Origin: Candidatus Bathyarchaeota archaeon
Lineage (GTDB): Archaea; Thermoproteota; Bathyarchaeia; Bathyarchaeales; WUQV01
Reading direction: 5' to 3'
Assembly: GCA_021158125.1 (NCBI GenBank)
Contig: JAGGVF010000012.1
Location: 10,879-74,878, forward strand
Length of the DNA: 64,000 nucleotides
Part shown: in pieces, positions 29,224 to 38,243 of the stretch
Layout: each line of letters begins with the position of its first letter
How positions within the stretch are numbered: position 1 is the stretch's first letter
Notes under the pieces: generated by a model
Database searches by the model: none
The model's input: only the letters and a program-made list of their open reading frames with translations
Told to the model about the DNA's origin: nothing
Translations under genes and position numbers: made by a program

Positions 29224-29265
29224 ACCTATTTTAGGCTCTATTTTAGGCTTTTAGGAGTAGTTCTC

Positions 29266-29571
29266 ATGAAGTATAGGAGTAAATTAAACATTATAGCCGA
29301 TATTTTAAAGGCTGCAGAGAACGGTTCAAAGAAGACTAGGATAATGTACTTAGCCAACCTCAGCTACCGTCTGCTTGAAAAGTATTTAGTTAAGGTCATT
29401 AAGGCCGATCTTCTACGGCACAACGGGGAGGTGTACGAACTGACGGAAAAAGGAAGGATTTTTCTAGAAAAGTTTAGGGATTATTCTGAAAAAGTGTCTA
29501 GGATCAGAAAGGAAGTTGAAATCATAAAGTTTGAGAGGCAAGTTCTTGAGCAAATGTGCGAAATTGCTTAA
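29266..29571 (+). CDS. Small winged-helix regulator, paralog of 28006-28263
   Basis: YRSKLNIIADIL...KTRIMYLANLSY...YELTEKG. Confidence 0.82.
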   Translation: MKYRSKLNIIADILKAAENGSKKTRIMYLANLSYRLLEKYLVKVIKADLLRHNGEVYELTEKGRIFLEKFRDYSEKVSRIRKEVEIIKFERQVLEQMCEIA

Positions 29572-30685
29572 ACTGCCAGAGGAGTTATTATTGTCAGAGG
29601 TAAAGAAAACTTCATTCATCATTGTTCTAAGCATCCTTCTACTTGCATTTTACCTAAACTTTTTACCGCAAGCGTTATCCTATACTCAAGAGGAAGCATA
29701 TCAGGCTCTCACTACTGTGCATCAAACAATCGTAAACTGTTACGGGGCAACTGTAGCGGCTGAAAAGGCTGGAGCGAACATTACGGGATTAACTACAACT
29801 CTTAACGAGGCTGGAAAGCTATATTCAAAGGCCCTTCTAGCCAGGAAAAACGAAGACTACAATTTAACGGTGCAGTTGGTCAACGAATGTTTAGGAAAAC
29901 TTGACGGCTTCATCGAAAAAGCGAACACTTTAAGGATAAATGCCTTGGAGAAAGGTTATTGGGATTCCATCTACAATATTGTATGTTCCAGTGTTGGAGC
30001 AGTTGTAATAATCTGTATAGCGTTCATAATTTGGTCTTTATTGAAAAAGAGGCATTTAAGTGGAAGGCTTAAAGTAAACCCGGAAAATTACAAAGCCATA
30101 TTCATAACTGTAACTTTCGTTTCAGCCCTGCTTGTGGCTTCACCAGCATTAAGCCGAGTACTTGTCTACCCCCGAACCGAATTCTTCACGGAGCTTTGGA
30201 TTTTGGATTCAAATCATAAAGCCGAAAACTACCCATTTAACATTTCAAGCAATCAGGATTACAGCATTTATCTAGGCGTAGGAAACCATCTGGGATATTG
30301 CGCTTACTACATGGTTCAAGTAAAGTTTAGGAATGAAAGCCAACCAGCTCCAACCAGTTTGGGGCCTATTGAAAAACGAAGTCCAAGCAGCCTACAGCCG
30401 CTTTACAACTTTACACTTTTTGTAGCAGACGAAGACGTTTGGGAGACGCCGTTAACTTTCTCATTTCATTATTATGAAAACGCTTCGAGAGTCAAAGTGA
30501 ACAAAATAGTTTTAAACGGGCTGTCTCTAAGCCTAAACAATCAACTTGTTGCGTGGAACTCCTCAAGAAACGGATATTACGGATTTCTCTTCTTCGAGCT
30601 TTGGCTCTACAACTCAACTGTCGACAGTTTTGATTATCATGGACGTTACGTTGGGCTTTGGCTAAACATGACAGTTTCATCTTGA
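29531..30685 (+). CDS. Membrane/secreted helical domain joined to a DUF1616-like domain
   Basis: C-terminal half FFTELWILD...AENYP...YLGVGNHLG...FELW; start uncertain. Confidence 0.65.
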   Translation: MRGKFLSKCAKLLKLPEELLLSEVKKTSFIIVLSILLLAFYLNFLPQALSYTQEEAYQALTTVHQTIVNCYGATVAAEKAGANITGLTTTLNEAGKLYSKALLARKNEDYNLTVQLVNECLGKLDGFIEKANTLRINALEKGYWDSIYNIVCSSVGAVVIICIAFIIWSLLKKRHLSGRLKVNPENYKAIFITVTFVSALLVASPALSRVLVYPRTEFFTELWILDSNHKAENYPFNISSNQDYSIYLGVGNHLGYCAYYMVQVKFRNESQPAPTSLGPIEKRSPSSLQPLYNFTLFVADEDVWETPLTFSFHYYENASRVKVNKIVLNGLSLSLNNQLVAWNSSRNGYYGFLFFELWLYNSTVDSFDYHGRYVGLWLNMTVSS

Positions 30686-30706
30686 AATTCACGTAAAACG
30701 GAGAAT

Positions 30707-31690
30707 TTGAATTTGAAAATCGCTGTTGTCGGAATGGGAAAGATGGGCCTATTACATACCAGTATTTTAAACGTAATTCCAGAGGTTGAACTTACTGCAA
30801 TTTGCGATAAAAGCTTTCTCATTCGAAAGTTTCTGAAGAAAGTCTTTAAAGAAATAGTCGTCACAAACGATGTTGATGCACTTCACAAGTTTGATCTAGA
30901 CGCAGTTTACATAACGACCCCCATAGCTTCCCATTATCACATTGCGAAGACCATATATACAGAGAATATTGCCCCTAACCTTTTCATCGAGAAAACTCTC
31001 GCCTCAAACTTCAAAGAAGCAAGAGAACTCTGCGAATTAGCTCAAGACGCAGGCGGCGTGAACATGGTTGGCTACATGAGACGATTCGCCGTAACCTTCC
31101 AGAAAGCCAAGAACTTATTAGAAGAGAAGGCTATTGGCAAAATTCTATCTTTCAAAGCCTACGCGTATTCTTCAGACTTTTACGGAAAGGAAAAATGTTC
31201 TAAAGCCCACACTTCCAACGTTGGAGTTTTGAGGGATTTAGGCTGCCATGCAATAGACCTAGCGTTATGGTTCTTCGGAGAGCTCAAAGTGGAAAAAGCC
31301 AAAGTAGAATCTATGGTAAGCCGTAACGCTGAGGATTCCGCACATATCAAATTTGCAGGTTCTAACGGTGTGCTCGGTGAGCTTAAAGTTTCAAGATGTG
31401 TAGATAAATATCGCATGCCAGAAGTTGGATTTCTAATTGAAGGCTCCCAAGGCGTTATAGATGTGAACGATGACAAACTGGAACTAATTTTAAACAGCGG
31501 AAAAACTCGTGGATGGTTTAGACACGACTTAAACGACACTGTAGAATTTTGGCTTGGAGCACCAGAATATTTCCGAGAAGATAAGCATTTCGTAGAATCC
31601 GTGCTTCATAAAAGCCCAGCGGAACCGAACTTTCAGACAAGCGCAAAAGTTGACTATTTAATCGATGAAATTAAAGCAAAGGCGGAATAA
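30707..31690 (+). CDS. Gfo/Idh/MocA oxidoreductase
   Basis: VVGMGKMG, FIEKTLA, VGYMRRF, DLGCHAID. Confidence 0.85.
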   Translation: MNLKIAVVGMGKMGLLHTSILNVIPEVELTAICDKSFLIRKFLKKVFKEIVVTNDVDALHKFDLDAVYITTPIASHYHIAKTIYTENIAPNLFIEKTLASNFKEARELCELAQDAGGVNMVGYMRRFAVTFQKAKNLLEEKAIGKILSFKAYAYSSDFYGKEKCSKAHTSNVGVLRDLGCHAIDLALWFFGELKVEKAKVESMVSRNAEDSAHIKFAGSNGVLGELKVSRCVDKYRMPEVGFLIEGSQGVIDVNDDKLELILNSGKTRGWFRHDLNDTVEFWLGAPEYFREDKHFVESVLHKSPAEPNFQTSAKVDYLIDEIKAKAE

Positions 31691-31691
31691 A

Positions 31692-32594
31692 ATGAAAACT
31701 GAAGAGAAAGCCTTTCTCGTTGGAGACAACCCATTTCACGGTATAAGCCACCTCTCTCAGGAAAGAAGCAGAGCCAGAGGAGATACGCCTACTAACCCCG
31801 AGTATGCCGCCGAGCTAATATGGATTTCGCTTGAAAACGGTGCGAACGGATTCATGTTTTCGGTAAGCGAAAAAACGCTTTCAATTTTAACTCATCTACG
31901 AAGAAAACGAACAGCTAATCGCCTAAGTTTATACGCTATTGTGCCGTACGCTTACGAATACGTAAGATTAGCTGGCAAAGTTGGAGGAATCCCAGGTCTA
32001 GCCAAGAAAATTATCAAGCAAATAGTTTTCTCTGGAAATTTTAATGCAATGGCTTCAGGTCTGAAAGGTGTTTTGAAGTCGGATTTAAATTCGCTCGTAA
32101 AAACTTATTTGTCATACGAAATTTCGAGGATAAAATCTTCAGCTGGCAAACAAACGGAATTAGACAGCGTCATTCTCCACCAACTAATAACAGACATGTG
32201 TTTAGCATTTAATCTAGAATGGATTTTTAAGCTATACGTAGATTTTATGCTCAAAAACAGACTAAAGCCGGGATTCAACACCGGAAATTTTGCCTTACTC
32301 GCCAAGAAGTTTAAAAAATGGAAGATAAACCTAGAAGACATCATGATAGCCGCCCCATTTAACAAGATTGGTTTCCAGATGGTTCCTTCAAAAGAAAAAT
32401 GTGAAAAGGCATTAGCTGAAATGCCTAAACCGAACGTTCTAGCAATAAGCGTATTAGCTGCGGGATATCTAAAGCCAGAAGAAGCAATAGACTACATAGC
32501 TCGTCTACCAAACATAAAGGGAGTAGCTGTAGGAGTATCAAAAGAACGCCATGCACATGAAACTTTCAGATTGCTTAAAGAAAAGCTATGCTAG
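31692..32594 (+). CDS. Hypothetical protein, possible truncated TIM-barrel/aldo-keto-reductase-like
   Basis: LVGDNPFHGISH N-terminus, LAISVLAAGYL near C-terminus; ATG 31692 abuts upstream stop. Confidence 0.55.
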   Translation: MKTEEKAFLVGDNPFHGISHLSQERSRARGDTPTNPEYAAELIWISLENGANGFMFSVSEKTLSILTHLRRKRTANRLSLYAIVPYAYEYVRLAGKVGGIPGLAKKIIKQIVFSGNFNAMASGLKGVLKSDLNSLVKTYLSYEISRIKSSAGKQTELDSVILHQLITDMCLAFNLEWIFKLYVDFMLKNRLKPGFNTGNFALLAKKFKKWKINLEDIMIAAPFNKIGFQMVPSKEKCEKALAEMPKPNVLAISVLAAGYLKPEEAIDYIARLPNIKGVAVGVSKERHAHETFRLLKEKLC

Positions 32595-32601
32595 TTTAAA
32601 G
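32595..32601 (+). promoter_or_regulatory. TATA box for tRNA-Cys
   Basis: TTTAAAG at about -29 to -23 of tRNA start. Confidence 0.5.
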
Positions 32602-32623
32602 TTTACACTTCAGATTTAAATGC

Positions 32624-32696
32624 GCCGGGGTGACCGAGGATTAGGTGGCGGCTTGCAGAGCCGTTTACGTTGGTGAAAATCCAACCCCCGGCTCCA
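32624..32696 (+). tRNA. tRNA-Cys(GCA), atypical D and T loops, CCA encoded
   Basis: GCCGGGG/CCCCGGC acceptor, U discriminator, GCGGC-TTGCAGA-GCCGT anticodon arm, GTTGG-TGAAAAT-CCAAC T arm. Confidence 0.85.
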
Positions 32697-32709
32697 ATTC
32701 TAACGTAAG

Positions 32710-33822
32710 ATGAGTGATAGTATGGATAAGAGGCGTAAGATTGCTTGGCTTGAGGAAAAAATTAATGCCATGCATTCCTTTAGAGGTTCCCTCCTTAGCT
32801 ATGTCAGTTCTTCTAGAACCTTAAAATCCAACATGCTAAAATTGGATGCCAACGAAAACTATTTTGTGGATCCAAACTTTCTAAAGAATTTACTCCTAGA
32901 AGCATTAAAGGAAGTCGATTTAAGGCTTTATAATCCCGGTGTAACTGTTGAGTTAAAGGAGGCTTTAGCTAGGTACCTCGGCATACCTGCTGGATGCATT
33001 GGAGTTGGCGGTGGAAGCGAACATTTAATTGACTCTCTTATTCAGCATTTCTTGGAAAGTGGTGATGAAGCTGTTTCTATTGTGCCAAGCTTCTTCATGT
33101 ACGAAAAGCGCGTTCGATTGAAAGGAGCTAAGTTAGTCAGCGTCCCTCTAAAGGAAGATTTGTCTATTGATGTTGATGAAGTTCTTAGAAGTTGCTCCAA
33201 CAAAACCAAGCTTATTTTCATTTGTTCTCCCAATAATCCCACCGGAAATCAATTTAGCTGGGAGAGTATCGAGGCTTTAGCTGACAACTGTTCGGCAATT
33301 ATAGTAGTAGATGAAGCCTACATTGAGTTTGGAGATGGCTCTATCTGCCCGAAGGCAGTTGAAAAGGAGAACATTCTTGTGGTAAGAACTTTCTCTAAGG
33401 CTTTCGGTTCAGCCGGATTGCGTTTTGGTTATTTTGCTGCATGTGAGGATCTAGCTTCAGCACTTTCTGAAGTTATTCCCTATACCGTAAGTACGCTCGT
33501 GGGCTGTTTTGTTATTAAGTTGTTAGGTAAATTCGAGGTTGTAAGAAACTGGATAGATGAGATTAAAAGGGAGCGTAAAAGGCTAATAGAAAAGCTGCGT
33601 TCTATCAACGGAATCAAAGTTTTGGATTCTAAGGCAAATTTTGTTACCTTCAGACCTAATAGAGATGCCGACAGAATTTACAACGGACTTCTAGGCAAGG
33701 GGATAGCTATTAAGAATCTTGGCGCTTTGCCGGTTATTGGACATTGTTTGAGGGTAACGGTTGGCCTTCCGGAGATGAATTATATTTTTCTGAAGTATTT
33801 GCGTGAGATTTTAGTCGGCTAG
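32710..33822 (+). CDS. Class II PLP enzyme (HisC/CobD-like aminotransferase or decarboxylase)
   Basis: LDANEN, SPNNPTG, DEAY, RTFSKAFGSAGLRFGY. Confidence 0.85.
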   Translation: MSDSMDKRRKIAWLEEKINAMHSFRGSLLSYVSSSRTLKSNMLKLDANENYFVDPNFLKNLLLEALKEVDLRLYNPGVTVELKEALARYLGIPAGCIGVGGGSEHLIDSLIQHFLESGDEAVSIVPSFFMYEKRVRLKGAKLVSVPLKEDLSIDVDEVLRSCSNKTKLIFICSPNNPTGNQFSWESIEALADNCSAIIVVDEAYIEFGDGSICPKAVEKENILVVRTFSKAFGSAGLRFGYFAACEDLASALSEVIPYTVSTLVGCFVIKLLGKFEVVRNWIDEIKRERKRLIEKLRSINGIKVLDSKANFVTFRPNRDADRIYNGLLGKGIAIKNLGALPVIGHCLRVTVGLPEMNYIFLKYLREILVG

Positions 33823-33844
33823 GCTTTTTTGTGGTTGATGGTTT

Positions 33845-34681
33845 ATGGCTGATGTTGAGATTAAGCTGGCTAACATTAGGCATCATGATGTTGAGGCTGA
33901 GTTTTTTGAGAAGGCTCATCCTGAGGGTTCAAGCCTTTATGAGCGATCTAGGGTTTCGCGGAGCTTGGCATATATTCTTCAGCTGTCGAATGGTAGGGAG
34001 GTATGCGTTGATGTCGGCTGCGGAACGGGATTTGTTACAGCTTTTGAATTGCCTTTTTACAGGATGGTTGTAGCAACGGATATTTCCAGGCGTATGCTCG
34101 AAGCCGCCAAGAAAAGATTGGGAAGTTTTGGTTCTTTAAACCTTGTTTTGTGCGATGCTGAGTTCCTGCCCTTTAAAGACGGTGTTGCTGATTTAGTTTC
34201 GGTTTCCTCCGTTTTGCATCATTTGCCTAAGCCCTCTAGTTGTTTGAGGGAGGTTTCGCGGGTTTTGAAGAAGGGTGGTTTTGTCTATATTACTCGTGAG
34301 CCTAGTTTTCAGCGTTTTAGGCGTTTTTTCGACTTTTTCGATGGATTTGTTGTGCGGAAGTTTTTGAGGTTTATGAGCATTTTGCGGTTGCATCGAGAAG
34401 ATTTGTCGGTGAGCTTAGAGCCTCGTTTGGAAGGCTTGGATTATGGCAAGGTTGACGTTCATTATTCGAGAGGTTTTCACTTCGGTACTCTGTCCAATTT
34501 TCTTTCAAGCGAAGGTTTTGATGTTGCGTCTGCCTATTCATATCATTGGATTTATCCAGACTCTAATAGAGGCTGGCTTCAAACCCTTTTAACTAAGAGT
34601 AATTTTTTGATTGAAAAACTTCCGCTTGCCAATAGATTTGGGAGATATGTTTGCGTTATCGCAACCAAGGAGAGTCTTTAG
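33845..34681 (+). CDS. Class I SAM methyltransferase
   Basis: VDVGCGTG, DAEFLPF, SSVLHHL, LKKGG. Confidence 0.85.
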   Translation: MADVEIKLANIRHHDVEAEFFEKAHPEGSSLYERSRVSRSLAYILQLSNGREVCVDVGCGTGFVTAFELPFYRMVVATDISRRMLEAAKKRLGSFGSLNLVLCDAEFLPFKDGVADLVSVSSVLHHLPKPSSCLREVSRVLKKGGFVYITREPSFQRFRRFFDFFDGFVVRKFLRFMSILRLHREDLSVSLEPRLEGLDYGKVDVHYSRGFHFGTLSNFLSSEGFDVASAYSYHWIYPDSNRGWLQTLLTKSNFLIEKLPLANRFGRYVCVIATKESL

Positions 34682-35604
34682 ATACGAGGAAAAGGTTTAG
34701 ATGGCCAGTGAAACTTATATTAGCACGATTCTTTCTATCACAGTTTTCTTCAATACTTTTTTGCAGGTATTTGAAGCAGTTCGCGTATAAGCGTGGAAGA
34801 TCCGTGCAGACAGGTTACGATAAAATTTTTCAAAAATTTGAGAGTTCAGATGTTTGGAAAGAGCTTTGTTCTCAAGTTTTCGGGGAATATTTGGGACAAT
34901 ACAGCTTTACTGACACAAAGCAGATTGATTTTCTTGTAGACAAGCTTAATATTACATCAAAAAGCCGAGTTTTAGATTTAGCTTGTGGACTTGGCGGCTT
35001 AAGCTGTTATCTTGCTAGAATCTCTGGATGCCAGATCGTAGGTTTAGATATTTCTTCAGTGGCCGTTAAATTTGCAAATCAGCGTGCAATGCTTGAGGGT
35101 CTTAAGGGTCGTGCAGTTTTTAGGGTTGGAATACTGCCTGAACTACCTTTTCCAAGTGAATATTTTGATGCCATAGTGAGTATTGATAGCATTTATGGTA
35201 TTCCTGATAAAGGCCAGTTATTTAGAGAATGCTTTAGAGTTTTAAAGCCGGGTGGGCGTATTGGTTTTTACACACTTTATAAGCGTGGAGATTTCTCATT
35301 AATTGCCGCTCTTAATTCCCGTGCACTTTATTGGTTTCCCTTGAAATCTTACAATGCTCTACTTTGGCAGACTGGTTTTAGAAGAATATTAAAGATTGAT
35401 ATGACTGCTGAATTTGTACAGCTTGCAAGGATATGGATTAGGGCGATAAGTCTTAAGAAGCGTTTGCTTGAGAAAGAGTTGGGCAAAGATGTAACGAATG
35501 GATTATTAAAAGGAGATATCTTGGTGGCTTTGAAGTTAGCCGAAGCGGGACTTATTGGGAGAGCTTTCTTTTATGGGGAAAAACCAGTAACGGGTTTGTG
35601 GTGA
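34651..35604 (+). CDS. Class I SAM methyltransferase (amine N-methyltransferase-like)
   Basis: YLGQYSF, VLDLACGLGG, RVLKPGGRIGF; start uncertain. Confidence 0.8.
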   Translation: MRYRNQGESLDTRKRFRWPVKLILARFFLSQFSSILFCRYLKQFAYKRGRSVQTGYDKIFQKFESSDVWKELCSQVFGEYLGQYSFTDTKQIDFLVDKLNITSKSRVLDLACGLGGLSCYLARISGCQIVGLDISSVAVKFANQRAMLEGLKGRAVFRVGILPELPFPSEYFDAIVSIDSIYGIPDKGQLFRECFRVLKPGGRIGFYTLYKRGDFSLIAALNSRALYWFPLKSYNALLWQTGFRRILKIDMTAEFVQLARIWIRAISLKKRLLEKELGKDVTNGLLKGDILVALKLAEAGLIGRAFFYGEKPVTGLW

Positions 35605-35608
35605 AAAT

Positions 35609-36973
35609 TTGAATTTAAGGGATTATTTAGAAGTTGGGAATAATGGCCATTTGATTCTTCGCGGAGTTGATTTGGTGGAGCTTACGGATAAATACGGGAC
35701 TCCTCTTTTTGTTTTTGATGAGGTTACGCTTGTTGAGAATTTTGAGAGGTTTAGGAAGGCTTTTGAAAGCCTTTATCCGAAGGTGATTGTTTGTTATTCT
35801 GTTAAGACAAATAATAATTTGGCTATCTGCAGCATTCTTTGCGAGAAAGGGGCGTATGCGGAAGTTTCTTCTGAGCTGGACTTACATATAGCCTTAAAGG
35901 CTGGATTTCCAGGAGAAAGAATAATTTACGATGGACCTTTTAAGTCTGAAGAAGCGTTAAGGATGGCTGTTAATGAGAATGTTTTGCTTATAAATGTTGA
36001 GTCTTTTGCCGAGATGAAGAGGCTGAATAGAGTTGCTGGAGAGTTAAATGTAAAGCAAGCTATTGGTTTAAGGGTTAACTCCTTTAAAGACCCCGGCCTC
36101 TCTAAGTATTTTAGTTTAAATAAACTCGTTAATGCGGCCTATGGCAATCTTGAAGGTAAGTTTGGTTTTTGCTTAGATGAGGCATATGCAGCTTTTGAAA
36201 AGGCTTTGAAATTTGAAAATTTGAGTGTTGAAGGGATCATGACTCATCCTTATCGGCAGGCCGCTAAAGTGCTGTTGCCCTTGATGCATAAACTTCGCAA
36301 GGGTTTAGGAATTGAATTTAAGTATCTTAATGTTGGAGGAGGCTTTTATTCAGGAGACGTCCGTTTTGTTGGTGGTAAAGAGCTTATTTTAGATTTCCTA
36401 AGGCGAAAAATTAAGCTTAAATCGAAATTGAGCACGGAAGTTGATGTTCCAAGCATTGAGTCTGTCGCGAAGATGCTCGTGAATGATATTAAACAGGGCT
36501 TGAAAGAGTTACCAGAGCCGATTTTGATTGTTGAGCCTGGGCGTTTTATTGCTTCTTCAGCTGGTCTTTTACTTGTGCGGGTTGACCACATTAAGAATGC
36601 CGGTGGATGTAAGTGGGCTTTTGTGGATGGAGGAACAAATCTTCTTCCAAGGTTTGATGCTGTTGAACTAAGGAAAGTTATAATTGCAAACAAGGCTTCT
36701 GATGACCCTTGTGAGGAGTATTACATCTCTGGACCGTTGCTTTACTCTGATGATTTCATAACCTTAAAAGCTTCACTTCCTGAACTACGCGAGGGCGATG
36801 TTCTTACAATTTTATGCTGTGGAGCCTACACGCTGTCTAGGTCTAATCAGTTTCTGTATCCGCGTCCAGCCGCAGTTTTGGTAAGATCAAAAGGTGAGGT
36901 AATGGTTATTCGGGAAAGGGAAACCTTTGAGGATGTTTTATGTAAGGACCGCAATATTCGAATTAAGCAATAA
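35609..36973 (+). CDS. Fold-type III PLP decarboxylase (LysA/Orn/Arg family), divergent
   Basis: GTPLFV, YSVKTN, GKFG, NVGGG, EPGRF, DGGTN, GAYT. Confidence 0.85.
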   Translation: MNLRDYLEVGNNGHLILRGVDLVELTDKYGTPLFVFDEVTLVENFERFRKAFESLYPKVIVCYSVKTNNNLAICSILCEKGAYAEVSSELDLHIALKAGFPGERIIYDGPFKSEEALRMAVNENVLLINVESFAEMKRLNRVAGELNVKQAIGLRVNSFKDPGLSKYFSLNKLVNAAYGNLEGKFGFCLDEAYAAFEKALKFENLSVEGIMTHPYRQAAKVLLPLMHKLRKGLGIEFKYLNVGGGFYSGDVRFVGGKELILDFLRRKIKLKSKLSTEVDVPSIESVAKMLVNDIKQGLKELPEPILIVEPGRFIASSAGLLLVRVDHIKNAGGCKWAFVDGGTNLLPRFDAVELRKVIIANKASDDPCEEYYISGPLLYSDDFITLKASLPELREGDVLTILCCGAYTLSRSNQFLYPRPAAVLVRSKGEVMVIRERETFEDVLCKDRNIRIKQ

Positions 36974-36989
36974 CTGGTTGATGTTCTAA

Positions 36990-38228
36990 TTGATCAAGGG
37001 TGGAGTTTTAGTTGCTGAGGGGGAAAATCCGGTTGCAATTCCTATTATAAGATCTCTGGCTGGAAAAGGCGTTAACGTAACCGCCATGGCAGGTACAATG
37101 CGCCCTTTCGCTCGGCTCTCAAAGTATTGCAGTAATCTAATTTTGGTTCCTTCGATGACCCGTGAAAAGGAATATGCTGCTACCGTGGAGAAAATTGTTA
37201 AGAAGATTAAGTTTGATGCGCTTTTTCCAATTTTTGAGTGGTCTTTAATCCCCATTTCCAAGAATAGGGACAGGATAGGCCGTTATGTCAGGATTCCAAT
37301 AGCGAGTCACGAAGCCATTCTTAGATGCTATGATAAACTTTCAACTTTGAAACTGGCTATGGAAAAAGATGTTCCAGTTCCTAAAACCTACCTTGTGCAT
37401 AATTTTTCGGAGCTTAGGAAAGTTGCAGAGGAGATAACTTATCCTGCCGTGGTTAAACCTCGTTGGTCCATGGTTTGGCAGGGTGATAAGGCATATTATA
37501 GAAGGGGTGGTTTTGTTAACTCTCCGGAAGAGCTTATTGCCACATACATCAGTATACATCGTTATTTCCCTTTTCCAATGATCCAAGAGTATGTCCCTGG
37601 AATCAACTTTTCAGTAGCCGCCCTATACAATAACGGTAGGCCCAGAGCTTTCTGTTGCATAAAGGTTTATAGGGCTTGGCCTCCGACTGGTGGTAACAGC
37701 TGTTATCGGGAAAGCGTTGAGTTGGATAATGGAATGAGGGCTTTTTCTGAGCGATTGCTTGGAGCTTTAGATTGGCATGGAATTGCTGAGGTTGAGTTTA
37801 GACTAGATGCGAGGGATAATGTTCCCAAACTGATGGAGATTAACCCCCGCTTTTGGGGCTCTTTGTGTGTAGCCATTAAGGCCGGAGTTGATTTTCCTTA
37901 TATGCTTTATCGCATTGCTGTAGACGGCGATATAAACGGAGTATTCAGTTATAAAATTGGCGTTAAAGGAAGGTACTTAGAACAAGAGCTCTTGTATATT
38001 ATTAGCATGTTATTTCAAGGTAAAACTTTTAATCCTAGCGTTAAAGGTGGAAGGCTGAAGGCTTTGATGAATTGGCTCAGGTTTTATGAACATGGACTTT
38101 TTTACGACTTGTTTGAATGGGATGATCCCGCTCCTTTCCTTTACAATTTTTTTTCTTGTCCTTTTGGGCTGATGAGACTCTTTCGGGGTAAAAACTATGC
38201 TTGGGGCGAGCCGGGCGTTCGTCATTAA
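36990..38228 (+). CDS. ATP-grasp carboxylate-amine ligase
   Basis: YPAVVKP, MIQEYVPG, WHGIAEVEFR, LMEINPRFWGS, GVDFP. Confidence 0.88.
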   Translation: MIKGGVLVAEGENPVAIPIIRSLAGKGVNVTAMAGTMRPFARLSKYCSNLILVPSMTREKEYAATVEKIVKKIKFDALFPIFEWSLIPISKNRDRIGRYVRIPIASHEAILRCYDKLSTLKLAMEKDVPVPKTYLVHNFSELRKVAEEITYPAVVKPRWSMVWQGDKAYYRRGGFVNSPEELIATYISIHRYFPFPMIQEYVPGINFSVAALYNNGRPRAFCCIKVYRAWPPTGGNSCYRESVELDNGMRAFSERLLGALDWHGIAEVEFRLDARDNVPKLMEINPRFWGSLCVAIKAGVDFPYMLYRIAVDGDINGVFSYKIGVKGRYLEQELLYIISMLFQGKTFNPSVKGGRLKALMNWLRFYEHGLFYDLFEWDDPAPFLYNFFSCPFGLMRLFRGKNYAWGEPGVRH

Positions 38229-38243
38229 CCTTGAAGGCGGAAA

